Shown here: positions 53,336-61,943 of the stretch, one piece after another
How positions within the stretch are numbered: the first letter of the stretch is position 1
How the letters are laid out: the number at the start of each line of letters is the position of its first letter
Assembly (NCBI GenBank): GCA_046758505.1
Contig: JBHIAH010000004.1
Span: 43,944-107,943 of the forward strand
Origin: Candidatus Methylomirabilales bacterium
Lineage (GTDB): Bacteria; Methylomirabilota; Methylomirabilia; Methylomirabilales; CSP1-5
DNA: 64,000 bases
Direction of reading: 5' to 3'
Notes under the pieces: generated by a model
Database searches by the model: none
Told to the model about the DNA's origin: nothing
Seen by the model: the letters and a program-made list of their open reading frames with translations, nothing else
Program-made: the position numbers and the translations under genes

Positions 53336-54268
53336 TTACGGACGTTCCTCTGCCGCGGTCTCCCCGCGAATCCCCGCCACAACATTTTTCCGATCACCCG
53401 GAGGCCGGCCGGCGAGATACCCGACCGTGGCCCGCAGCATGGGCCCCAACTTGTACTCGTCCGGCATGACATCGACCGAGACTCCATTGTCTTCAATGGC
53501 CTGTCGGGTGGGGGGGCCCACTGCGACGACCACTACCGCCCCGTTCAGGGCTTGGCGTAACGCGTCCTCGAGCCCGTGGGCTTCCGCAAACCGGAAGAGG
53601 TTCTTGACCGACGGTGGGCTGGTGAATGTCATGACATGTATCGCCCCCCTCCCCACATCGTGAATCAGCTCGAGGATCCTGCGCTCCTCGGGAGGGAACG
53701 ACTTGAACCCCGCCGCCTCCAAAAGTTGCGCGCCCTCCTTCTTGAGGTCCAGCGCATAGGTGTACGCCATCGCCTCGAAGACGTCCGCTCCACCCTGCTC
53801 GAGGGTCGCCCGGAGCGTGGGGTGGGAGTCGCCATGCCAGAGAACGGTCACGTGTTTGCCGTGCAGGTCGAACCTGGCCATCTCGGCGGCGATCCCCTCC
53901 GACGTATTGTCGGATGGTACCAGGTTCACGCGTATTCCGTGCCGCTCCAACACCTTCTGTGGCTTTTGGCTTCTCGCGATCACATACGTGCGGTCTAAGA
54001 CGTCCACCACCTCCCGCTCCAACCCCAGTCGTTGGGCCGTCGCCATCAACCGAAAGACCCCCGGGCCCGTCAAGAAGACCGCATAGTCAACTGCTCGACC
54101 GACGATCCGGTGCACCAACCCTTCCATTTGAAGGTCCAGATCCTCCTGGATTGCAATGCCCACCGTGGGAGCCACATAGGGGACTCCCCCGAGCTTCGTC
54201 ACGAGCTGGGCGAGCTCGGACGCTCTTCGGCTGCCGGTAACCGCCACTGTCAGACCCTGAAGCTCCAT
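53336..54268 (-). CDS. hemD: Uroporphyrinogen-III synthase family protein
   Basis: VAVTGSRR, FLTGPG, FTSPPSV, AVGPPT; next to sulfite reductase. Confidence 0.85.
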   Translation of the reverse strand: MELQGLTVAVTGSRRASELAQLVTKLGGVPYVAPTVGIAIQEDLDLQMEGLVHRIVGRAVDYAVFLTGPGVFRLMATAQRLGLEREVVDVLDRTYVIARSQKPQKVLERHGIRVNLVPSDNTSEGIAAEMARFDLHGKHVTVLWHGDSHPTLRATLEQGGADVFEAMAYTYALDLKKEGAQLLEAAGFKSFPPEERRILELIHDVGRGAIHVMTFTSPPSVKNLFRFAEAHGLEDALRQALNGAVVVVAVGPPTRQAIEDNGVSVDVMPDEYKLGPMLRATVGYLAGRPPGDRKNVVAGIRGETAAEERP

Positions 54269-54306
54269 CCCACACCCTTGGCGTAGCCCCGACCGCGCTC
54301 TCCCCC

Positions 54307-56100
54307 TTACGCCGCGCACTCCCCAGGACCCGTCTTGAGCTCGAAGGCCTCTTCCGCCTCCCAATCCTGGAACCCGTCTGGGGCCTCTGCGTAAGTGGGG
54401 AGCTGGGTGAACTCGGCCATGATCTCCGCCACGCGATCCAGCCCGAGACGGTCCATGAAGGTCAGCAGGGCTTCCCCCTCTGTCCGATCCGCCTTAAAAA
54501 CCGTCAGGAGCGCGTCGATGGCCATCGGAATATTCTTTGCCGGAATCCGTAGCGTGGGCTTGCCGAACCGGGCGGTCCCATCATCCCAGGTTCCCCCCAG
54601 AAGCATTTGATAGGTCGGCACCTGGCGTCCCTCGAATTTTTTCGCCCCGCCGTAAAAGCCAATCGTGCCGAGATGGTGGTGGCCGCACGAGTTCGGGCAG
54701 CCCGAGATCTTGATCCGTCCCTTCACGTCCTCGGCCAGGTCGGGGTGCTTCTCCTGCACCATCCCCGCGATCGCGGTCGCCAACCCCCGGGAAGAGGTGA
54801 TGCCGAGCTGGCAGGTGTCTGCGCCGGGGCAGGCGGTGACGTCGACGAGCCGCTCGGCCCCGCGCCGAGCCAGGTCGATGCGGCGGAGCACCCGGTAGAG
54901 GGCCCCCAGGGCCCCTTCCGGGACCCACCGGAGAAGAAAGTTCTGCTGATTTGTCGTCCTGACGGTGCCGTCTCCAAACTCCCGGGCACAGAACCCCAGG
55001 AGTCGAAGCTGGAGTGCGGTGATATCCCCGAGTTCCAAACAGACCGTGACCATGACGTACCCCGGCTGCTTCTGGGGCCGGACGTTGCTCCGTCGCCAGC
55101 GCTCATAGGCGGCGTCATTGGGATCGGGGAGCGCCGCTGGCGCCGGCCTCCGGGGTGGAGGCACCTCTTGCCGGACGATGATCGGAGGAAACTTGCCGCC
55201 CATGGTCAGCCGTAGGCCTGTCCGTTCTTTGAAGACCAGCTTTTGGAATTTCTCTACGCCCAGCTCCTGGATGACGAACTTCATCCGCGCCCGATTGCGA
55301 TTCTCCCGGTTGCCGAAGCGATCAAAGACCCTGACAATGGCCGCCACGGTGACCAGCAGGTCGTCCGCCGGGGTGAACTCTTCGAGGACGTCGGCATGGT
55401 GAGGCACGGGCCCGAGCCCTCCGGCCACAATCAGCCGGAAGCCCCGGTGGCTCATCCCGTTCTCCTGATGTAGGAGCGCCCGCGCCCCAATGTCGTGAAT
55501 CGCCGTAATTCCCTCGTCGTCCGGGCATCCCGAAAAGGCGATTTTGAACTTGCGCGGAAGATTCTGGTTCATCGGGTTCCGCAGGAGAAAGCGCGCCACC
55601 GCCTCGGCGTACGGCGTAACGTCGAAGACCTCCCGCGGGCAGACGCCCGAGCAGGCCCCGGCAGTGACATTGCGCACGGTATTTCCGCACGCTTCTCGCG
55701 TCGTCAACCCGACCTTTTCTAAATGCCGCATAAACTCGGTTGCCTCGGTCAGCTTGACGAAGTGTAGTTGGATGTTCTGGCGGGTCGTGACATGGCCGAG
55801 GCCGCCCGGGGTCCGCTTGGCCAGGTCCGCCAAGACCTCCAGCTGGTCAGTCGTCAGCCCGCCCCAGGGGATCTTGATTCGAAACATCTGTTCTCCCTGT
55901 TGGCGCTGACCGTAGACGCCGTTCTGAAGGCGAAAGCGTTTGAACTCGTCCTCCGACAACTGCTTTCGCCAAAACCGCTGGACAAACTCGTCAAAGGTAT
56001 CGATCTCCTCCTGCCGGGCATAGGAGGGACGGACGGCTAGGGGCTTATCCTCTATGGCGATGGTCGCCTTGTTGGCATCCCGATCCTGTACCTGCTGCAT
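54307..56100 (-). CDS. sir: Ferredoxin-dependent sulfite/nitrite reductase (siroheme)
   Basis: GVYGQRQ, HVTTRQNIQ, LPRKFKIAFSGC, CPGADTCQ...ISGCPNSCG. Confidence 0.92.
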   Translation of the reverse strand: MQQVQDRDANKATIAIEDKPLAVRPSYARQEEIDTFDEFVQRFWRKQLSEDEFKRFRLQNGVYGQRQQGEQMFRIKIPWGGLTTDQLEVLADLAKRTPGGLGHVTTRQNIQLHFVKLTEATEFMRHLEKVGLTTREACGNTVRNVTAGACSGVCPREVFDVTPYAEAVARFLLRNPMNQNLPRKFKIAFSGCPDDEGITAIHDIGARALLHQENGMSHRGFRLIVAGGLGPVPHHADVLEEFTPADDLLVTVAAIVRVFDRFGNRENRNRARMKFVIQELGVEKFQKLVFKERTGLRLTMGGKFPPIIVRQEVPPPRRPAPAALPDPNDAAYERWRRSNVRPQKQPGYVMVTVCLELGDITALQLRLLGFCAREFGDGTVRTTNQQNFLLRWVPEGALGALYRVLRRIDLARRGAERLVDVTACPGADTCQLGITSSRGLATAIAGMVQEKHPDLAEDVKGRIKISGCPNSCGHHHLGTIGFYGGAKKFEGRQVPTYQMLLGGTWDDGTARFGKPTLRIPAKNIPMAIDALLTVFKADRTEGEALLTFMDRLGLDRVAEIMAEFTQLPTYAEAPDGFQDWEAEEAFELKTGPGECAA

Positions 56101-56163
56101 GACCTCTCCTCCCTTCCGGACGTTCGCATGTCCGCCTCGGGGTGGCGATCAGGTGAACAGCGT

Positions 56164-56997
56164 TCACCATGTCGTTCCGACAACCGTGACGGCGCCTACC
56201 AGGCTTACCACGACGCCGATGAATTGTCGCATCCCGGCCGCCGAAAACCGATTTGCCCTCCGAACCCCAAGATATACTCCCACGCCCCCTGCCAGCAGCA
56301 GCGGAAGAAAAACTCCCACGGGGAACGTCCCCGTCTGAAGGGTATATGAGCCGGTCGCGGCTGACGCCACCAGCGATCGGGCCAGCAGTGAAGAGCCCAC
56401 GACGGTGTGGGGCGGAATCCCTGTCCACATCATCAAGACGACACCGATCGTTCCCCACCCCGCCCCGAATGCCCCCGCACAGAATCCGGCAACCGCTCCG
56501 ATGCCGAAAAGGGTTTGGCGCCTGTCACGCCATTTCACGGTTTCAAAGCCGTTTTGCGACCCGTTTCCATTTTTCCTGAGCAGCGTCAGAACGCCGATGG
56601 TCACCGTAATCACACCAATCAGCACCCGCAGGGTCTGCGCCGGCAATGCCGGACTCAGAAAACTCCCCAGGAAGGCTCCTCCCACCCCTCCGAGAACCAG
56701 CGGGACGAGGGCGGCGACGCGCGATCGGTCATAGCGCCAATGGGTCAGACCCCCGAACAGGCTCAGCACGATGGAAGCTGCCAGAGACGAGTTGATCGCG
56801 ACTAACGGCTCGATCCCGATCACAATCAGCAACGGGACGCTCAACGCCCCCCAGGCCGCGGCAGAGATCCCCGTCACCCATCCCGACACGATTCCGACGA
56901 AGACAATTGCAGACATTGAAGCCGTCACCACATGTATTCTTCCCAAACGCGAGGTCAACATCATCCGGGGCGAGCCCGGTCCGTGGGGATCGGTCAC
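56164..56997 (-). CDS. TauE/SafE family membrane transporter
   Basis: About 8 TM helices, G.VSG...G and AG.FGAGWG repeat motifs. Confidence 0.8.
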   Translation of the reverse strand: MTDPHGPGSPRMMLTSRLGRIHVVTASMSAIVFVGIVSGWVTGISAAAWGALSVPLLIVIGIEPLVAINSSLAASIVLSLFGGLTHWRYDRSRVAALVPLVLGGVGGAFLGSFLSPALPAQTLRVLIGVITVTIGVLTLLRKNGNGSQNGFETVKWRDRRQTLFGIGAVAGFCAGAFGAGWGTIGVVLMMWTGIPPHTVVGSSLLARSLVASAATGSYTLQTGTFPVGVFLPLLLAGGVGVYLGVRRANRFSAAGMRQFIGVVVSLVGAVTVVGTTW

Positions 56998-57665
56998 CCC
57001 GTGGGCAAGAAAACCTCCTGCGGGCGGCGACCCCGCAGCTTGTCGATCAGCGCCCGCAGGGCCTCCTCAAGGCTCTCCCCGTACACCGTCAGTTCGGGCC
57101 GCGGTACTTGCTGGGGGTGATCGGGACGAGCCATGCACCGCTTCCCCGGTTCCTGGACCTCCCCCAGGGTTTCTTCCACCAGGAGGTCCAGGGTACTCCA
57201 GGCACACCCGACGGCCCTGAGATATCGGAACCGATGGGTCCGAATGAGACGCTCGCTTGCGGTGAGGAATGCCCCCGGAGACGTCCCGGCCGCTGTGGGC
57301 ACCTCCTCGAGGCCCTGCTCACCCTCTGGAGGAGAAGACTCCAGTGGGTATTCCTGCGTCTCCCACCGCTGAATTCCCCCTTCCAGGTTGTACACCTCGC
57401 CAAGCCCGATCGCCGCCGCCGCTTCGCAGGCGACGGCGCTCCTGATCCCTTCTGAGCAGATGAAGAGCACGGCCCCTTCTTTCAGGAACTCCCGCGGGGT
57501 GCGAAGCAGCGTCCCGAGAGGGACGAGGATCGAGCCCGGGATCCGCACCTGGGCGTACTCGTTGGGCTCCCGGACGTCAACAACCTGGGCCCCCCTCTCC
57601 ATCAAGGCCTTTGCCTCTGCAGGCTCAATCCGAGAAAAGGGTTCATCCGCCAGGGGCTCCGTCAT
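56994..57665 (-). CDS. Single-domain rhodanese with an unknown C-terminal domain
   Basis: VDVREPNEY..RIPG, ICSEGIRS, NLEGGI..W, then about 100 unassigned residues. Confidence 0.82.
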   Translation of the reverse strand: MTEPLADEPFSRIEPAEAKALMERGAQVVDVREPNEYAQVRIPGSILVPLGTLLRTPREFLKEGAVLFICSEGIRSAVACEAAAAIGLGEVYNLEGGIQRWETQEYPLESSPPEGEQGLEEVPTAAGTSPGAFLTASERLIRTHRFRYLRAVGCAWSTLDLLVEETLGEVQEPGKRCMARPDHPQQVPRPELTVYGESLEEALRALIDKLRGRRPQEVFLPTG

Positions 57666-57677
57666 GCGAGACTCTCC

Positions 57678-58520
57678 TTATTTTTCGATCGGAACATGCA
57701 CCAGACTGCCATACTCAGTCCACGAGCCGTCGTAGTTGAGCACCGTGGAATAGCCCAGGAGGTACTTCAGCACGAACCAGGTGTGGGAGGAGCGCTCGCC
57801 GATCCGGCAATAGGCGATGATCTCCTTGTTCGGGGTGATCCCCTTGCCCTGGTAGAGTTGCGTGAGGTCCTCCGCGCTCTTGAAGGTCCCGTCCTCCTTG
57901 ACTGCCTGGCTCCAAGGGATATTCGCCGCCCCCGGAATATGCCCGCCGCGCTGGGCCCCTTCCTGGGGCAGGTTTTCGGGGGCTACAATTTCGCCGGAGA
58001 ATTCTTTCGGCGAGCGGACATCCACGAGGGCCAGCCCCGCCTTGCCAACCGCGCCGATGACTTCGTCCCGCACCACCCGGATGCTCTTATCGGACTTCTG
58101 CGCCTTATAGGTGGTGGCCGGATAGTTCGGCACCTCTTTGGTCATAGGTCGCCCCTCGGCGATCCATTTGACCCGCCCTCCGTTCATGACCCGGGCGTCG
58201 GCATGACCGTAGTACTTGAGCAACCAGAACGCATAGGTGGCAAACCAGTTATTGTTGTCACCGTACAAGATCACGGTCGTGTCGTTCTGAATCCCCGACC
58301 GACTGAGCAGCTTCTCCAGGGTCTGGCGGTGAACGATGTCGCGTTCCAGCCGCTCCTCCAGATCGCTTTTCCAGTTCCAGCCAATGGCCCCGGGAACATG
58401 CCCTTCGCCATAGGCGGCCGTGTCCACGTCCACCTCCACCAGCCGGATCTTGGGGTCCTTCAGGTGATCCGCGACCCACTGGGTCTCCACCAACACCTCG
58501 CCATGTGCGTAGCCTGCCAT
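57678..58520 (-). CDS. Two-domain thiosulfate sulfurtransferase (actinobacterial CysA-like rhodanese)
   Basis: GHVPGA, LYGDNNNWFA, AYCRIGERSSHTWF, NYDGSWTEYG. Confidence 0.95.
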   Translation of the reverse strand: MAGYAHGEVLVETQWVADHLKDPKIRLVEVDVDTAAYGEGHVPGAIGWNWKSDLEERLERDIVHRQTLEKLLSRSGIQNDTTVILYGDNNNWFATYAFWLLKYYGHADARVMNGGRVKWIAEGRPMTKEVPNYPATTYKAQKSDKSIRVVRDEVIGAVGKAGLALVDVRSPKEFSGEIVAPENLPQEGAQRGGHIPGAANIPWSQAVKEDGTFKSAEDLTQLYQGKGITPNKEIIAYCRIGERSSHTWFVLKYLLGYSTVLNYDGSWTEYGSLVHVPIEK

Positions 58521-58581
58521 CGTCGCCTCCTTTCATCTCATCTGGAACATATAGGTCCACCGCGTCTGTTGAATATGATCT

Positions 58582-58602
58582 TCCCGATTGATTTAGTCGA
58601 GA
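58582..58602. promoter_or_regulatory. Putative Rrf2-family (IscR/CymR-like) operator
   Basis: TCCCGATT-GATTT-AGTCGAGA imperfect inverted repeat upstream of the sulfate-reduction genes. Confidence 0.5.
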
Positions 58603-58624
58603 TTTACCGGCACAAACATCCCCC

Positions 58625-59023
58625 CTATGCGACCATCACCTCCTCCTCGCTGATCTGGCCATTCGTAATTCGAAAGGCGCGAATCACCGGTGCGTCTCGC
58701 TTCTCCAGGGAAACGATGAAGTAGAGGGCCTCGGGATAGAACGCGAGCTCCACGTCGGTCTTCGAGGGATAGGCCTCGCTGTGGGTGTGGGAGTGGTAGA
58801 TCCCAATGAGATCCCACCCCTTCTGATCCAGCTCCCGCATGACCCGGAGTTGATCCCTCGGATCGAGGTAGTAGCGATACGGGCTCTTTTCGGCACTGTC
58901 GCAGCGATAGAGCTGCAGAACCACCCCCCCGGTGCCAGCCAGGAGGCCACAACACTCGTTCGGGGCCTCTGTCCGCGCGTGATCGATCATCGCCGCCGCG
59001 AACTGCTTTTCCAGCTTGAACAT
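58625..59023 (-). CDS. mec: JAMM/Mov34 (M67) metallopeptidase, Mec-like CysO-cysteine peptidase
   Basis: PNECCGLL and YHSHTHSEAYPSKTD (HxHx7Sx2D). Confidence 0.92.
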   Translation of the reverse strand: MFKLEKQFAAAMIDHARTEAPNECCGLLAGTGGVVLQLYRCDSAEKSPYRYYLDPRDQLRVMRELDQKGWDLIGIYHSHTHSEAYPSKTDVELAFYPEALYFIVSLEKRDAPVIRAFRITNGQISEEEVMVA

Positions 59024-59059
59024 CTCTCCTCTCGACTCTCAGCGCTCGTCGCTCAGGGA

Positions 59060-60274
59060 TTACCACCAGATGTGACTATAGACATCCTCGCCGAGATCAG
59101 GCAGCTCCTTGGCCCACACGCCCAGGCTGATATACTTCCACCCCCCGTCGGCGAGCAGGCAGACGATCTTCCCCCGCTCCATCTTGTGGGCCGTCCGAAT
59201 CGCGCAGTGGAGCACGGCGCCCGACGAGACCCCCGCAAAGATCCCCTCCTTGATCGTCAGATCCCGGGTCAAGGCAAAGGCGCAGCGCGAATCGACAATG
59301 ATCTTTCCGTCCAGGAGGCTCAGATCCAGGATGGGGGGGATGAACCCTTCCTCCAAACTGCGGAGCCCCTGAACGAGATCGCCCGGATGGGGCTCTACGG
59401 CGATCACCTGCGTCTTCGGGTTCGCCTCCTTGAGCCGCCGCCCCACCCCCATGAGGGTCCCCCCGGTCCCCAGCCCGGCCACGAACAGATCCACGTCCGG
59501 CACCGCTTCGAGGATCTCCGTGCCCGTGGTCTCGTAATGCGCGCGGGGATTCGACTCGTTGCCGTACTGGTACGGCATGTACCAATCGGGGTTCTCGGCG
59601 GCGAGCCGCTTGGCCAGATCGATGGCCCCGTTCGTCCCCCGGCGCGCATCGGAGTATACGATTTCCGCACCGTACAGCTCCAGCAATTGCCGCCGCTCGA
59701 CGGTAATGTTCTCGGGGACGACCACCTTCACCCTGTACCCCTTCCGCCGACCGATCAAGGCTAGGGAAATCCCGGTATTGCCGCTGGTGGGCTCGAGGAT
59801 CGTCTTTCCAGGGGTCAGCGCTCCTCGCTCCTCCGCCTCCTCGATCATATACTTGGCGATCCGGTCCTTCAGGCTCCCCGTCGGATTGTAGAATTCGAGC
59901 TTGCAGAAGATTCGAACCGACGGCTTGGGGCTGACCCGGGGTACCTCCACCAGGGGGGTGTGTCCGATGGCGTCCACGATGTCAGCGTATGTGCCGGGGT
60001 AGCCTCCCCCCGCGACCGCTGGGAGGATGGAGATGGTATCCCCCTCCCGCACCTCCGTATCCAGGGACTCGAGGAACCGGATATCCTCATCGTTCCGATA
60101 CACGTTCACGAACCGGTGAAGCTCCTTGCCATCCAGCAGCCGATCCCACAGCCCCGGATAGGCCTTGTCCAGGCTCTCCAGGACCTCACGGACCGTCCTC
60201 CCCTCGCCGGTGATCGTCTTTGCGCCGCCGGTGTGCTTTCGAAAGATCTGGGGAACGTGCACCTGAACCTTCAT
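59060..60274 (-). CDS. CysO-like sulfur carrier fused to CysM-type cysteine synthase
   Basis: Residues 1-90 MoaD-like ending LPAVAGG; continuous into IGHTPLV, NPTGSLKDR, EPTSGNTG, GTGGT, DGGWKY. Confidence 0.92.
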   Translation of the reverse strand: MKVQVHVPQIFRKHTGGAKTITGEGRTVREVLESLDKAYPGLWDRLLDGKELHRFVNVYRNDEDIRFLESLDTEVREGDTISILPAVAGGGYPGTYADIVDAIGHTPLVEVPRVSPKPSVRIFCKLEFYNPTGSLKDRIAKYMIEEAEERGALTPGKTILEPTSGNTGISLALIGRRKGYRVKVVVPENITVERRQLLELYGAEIVYSDARRGTNGAIDLAKRLAAENPDWYMPYQYGNESNPRAHYETTGTEILEAVPDVDLFVAGLGTGGTLMGVGRRLKEANPKTQVIAVEPHPGDLVQGLRSLEEGFIPPILDLSLLDGKIIVDSRCAFALTRDLTIKEGIFAGVSSGAVLHCAIRTAHKMERGKIVCLLADGGWKYISLGVWAKELPDLGEDVYSHIWW

Positions 60275-60346
60275 CTCCCTCCCTGTACCTCCGGATCTAC
60301 CTTTGACCCTTAACCATGATCCCGGAACCGAAATTCCGCAGACAGG

Positions 60347-60634
60347 TCACCGGGGCTTAGAGACACCCCCACCCTTTCGGACCACAATGGCCCATTCGCG
60401 ATCGGTGAACTGACGCACCTCCAGAACCTCGTTTCCCTCACTGGCCAGGCTCCGCGGCACGTCGGCCGCAGACCGGGGATTGTCCACGATGACCCGGAGG
60501 ACTTCGCCCGCCTCCAGTTGTTCCAAGGCCAGTTTGGACTTCACAAACGTGTACGGGCAGACCTCGCCCCGGAGGTTCAGTTCCTCATCGACCGTGTCTT
60601 TCTCGGACACGAAAGATCCCTCGCTTTCTCTCAT
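60347..60634 (-). CDS. TusA/YeeD family sulfur carrier
   Basis: LNLRGEVCPYT..K...L..L..GE.L.V..D. Confidence 0.9.
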   Translation of the reverse strand: MRESEGSFVSEKDTVDEELNLRGEVCPYTFVKSKLALEQLEAGEVLRVIVDNPRSAADVPRSLASEGNEVLEVRQFTDREWAIVVRKGGGVSKPR

Positions 60635-60714
60635 GGCCGCACCGCGATTTCGGTCATCAGCATCAATGTTTCCCTCCGGCGGATGAGATGCACGCGCTCA
60701 CCCCGGACAGCACC

Positions 60715-60978
60715 TCATGCCGAACCGCCCTTTTCAATCTCGATCTCCCACAGCGCATCCCCCACCTTGTCAACCCGAATGACCCTGTGCCCCTCGTCGG
60801 CCGCCCAGCGTGGGATATTCTCCGCAGAAAGGGGATAATCGGACACCACGATCAGGATGTCCCCCGGCTCGAGCTTCTTTATCTCCCGCTGGGCCATGAC
60901 GAGGGGATAGGGGCAGATCTCCCCACGCGTATCGAGCCGATGAACCTTCCGCTCTTGGGCCTGCCCCGGCACCGTCAT
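60715..60978 (-). CDS. TusA/YeeD family sulfur carrier
   Basis: LDTRGEICPYP; L.PGD.L...SD.P.S..NIP.W. Confidence 0.92.
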   Translation of the reverse strand: MTVPGQAQERKVHRLDTRGEICPYPLVMAQREIKKLEPGDILIVVSDYPLSAENIPRWAADEGHRVIRVDKVGDALWEIEIEKGGSA

Positions 60979-61943
60979 TACTTCTCCAGCGGAAGCTCGG
61001 GCCGATTCCCCCAGTCGATCCAGGAGCCATCGTAGTTACGGACCTTCTCGTACCCCAGCAGTCGGGCAACAAAGTAGTCGTGCGCCGCCCGGACCCCGGT
61101 CCGGCAGTAGGTCACAATCTCACGATCTCTTGTGGCGCCCGCCGCCTCAAAGAGCTTTTGGAGCTCTGCTGCGCTCTTGAAGGTCCGATCTCCAGTGTTA
61201 ATGGTATCGACCCAGTTGATCAGCACGGCCCCGGGGATGTGGCCCCCCCGCCTGATGTCGGGATCCTTCACCTTTCCCGGGTGAGTCCGCTTTCCTTCAT
61301 ATTCCATCGGAGTCCGCGCATCCACCACGCGGACCCCGGGATTCCTGAGGTTGTCCTTGATCCACTCCGCGGTGGCGATCAGCGTGGGATTCGGGCTGGC
61401 GACAAATTTTTTCGGTGCGACCGTGGTTTTCTCCGCCGTCAGGGGCCGGCCCTCTTTCATCCACCGCGTGAGGCCCCCGTTGAGCACGGCCACGTTCTTA
61501 TGCCCGAAGAACTCAAGGACAAAGAAAAGGCGCGCCGCCCAAAGCCCGCCGGTGTCGTCATAGGCAACGACCCGCGTATCGTTGTCAATCCCGAGCTTGC
61601 TGAAGAGGGCCTCCGCTTTGGCCCGATCCATGGGAAGTCCCTTCCGGTTGCTCGCGAGATCGTCGATCTCCGTCCAGTCGACGTAGACCGCTCCCGGGAT
61701 ATGCGCCTTGGCGTACTCCGCCTTCCCGGCAGGCCCTTTCGCCCGGAGATCGACCAGGCGAATGGAGGGATCGCCCAGGTGGTCTGCAATCTCCTGCGTA
61801 TCTATCAACAGCTGTGCGTTCGGATATCCCGCTTTTTTCGCCTGTTGGCCCCAACACTGTGCCCATGCCAGCCCGCCAATGGTCAAAAGCAGGACCAGCG
61901 TACCGACGACAATAGCGATCCTGCTGTACCGGATGCTACGCAT
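60978..61943 (-). CDS. Exported two-domain rhodanese
   Basis: Signal peptide ending AWA, AHIPGA, GHIPGA, TYCRTGVRA, NYDGSW; start at ATG 61943. Confidence 0.9.
   Translation of the reverse strand: MRSIRYSRIAIVVGTLVLLLTIGGLAWAQCWGQQAKKAGYPNAQLLIDTQEIADHLGDPSIRLVDLRAKGPAGKAEYAKAHIPGAVYVDWTEIDDLASNRKGLPMDRAKAEALFSKLGIDNDTRVVAYDDTGGLWAARLFFVLEFFGHKNVAVLNGGLTRWMKEGRPLTAEKTTVAPKKFVASPNPTLIATAEWIKDNLRNPGVRVVDARTPMEYEGKRTHPGKVKDPDIRRGGHIPGAVLINWVDTINTGDRTFKSAAELQKLFEAAGATRDREIVTYCRTGVRAAHDYFVARLLGYEKVRNYDGSWIDWGNRPELPLEK

Noticed and set aside
60635..60717. TGA ending the TusA at 60715-60978 (also the TGA stops at 56994 and 62956) as further Sec codons
   Set aside because: The proteins are full length at these stops, and read-through gives no family-like sequence or runs into the next gene's start
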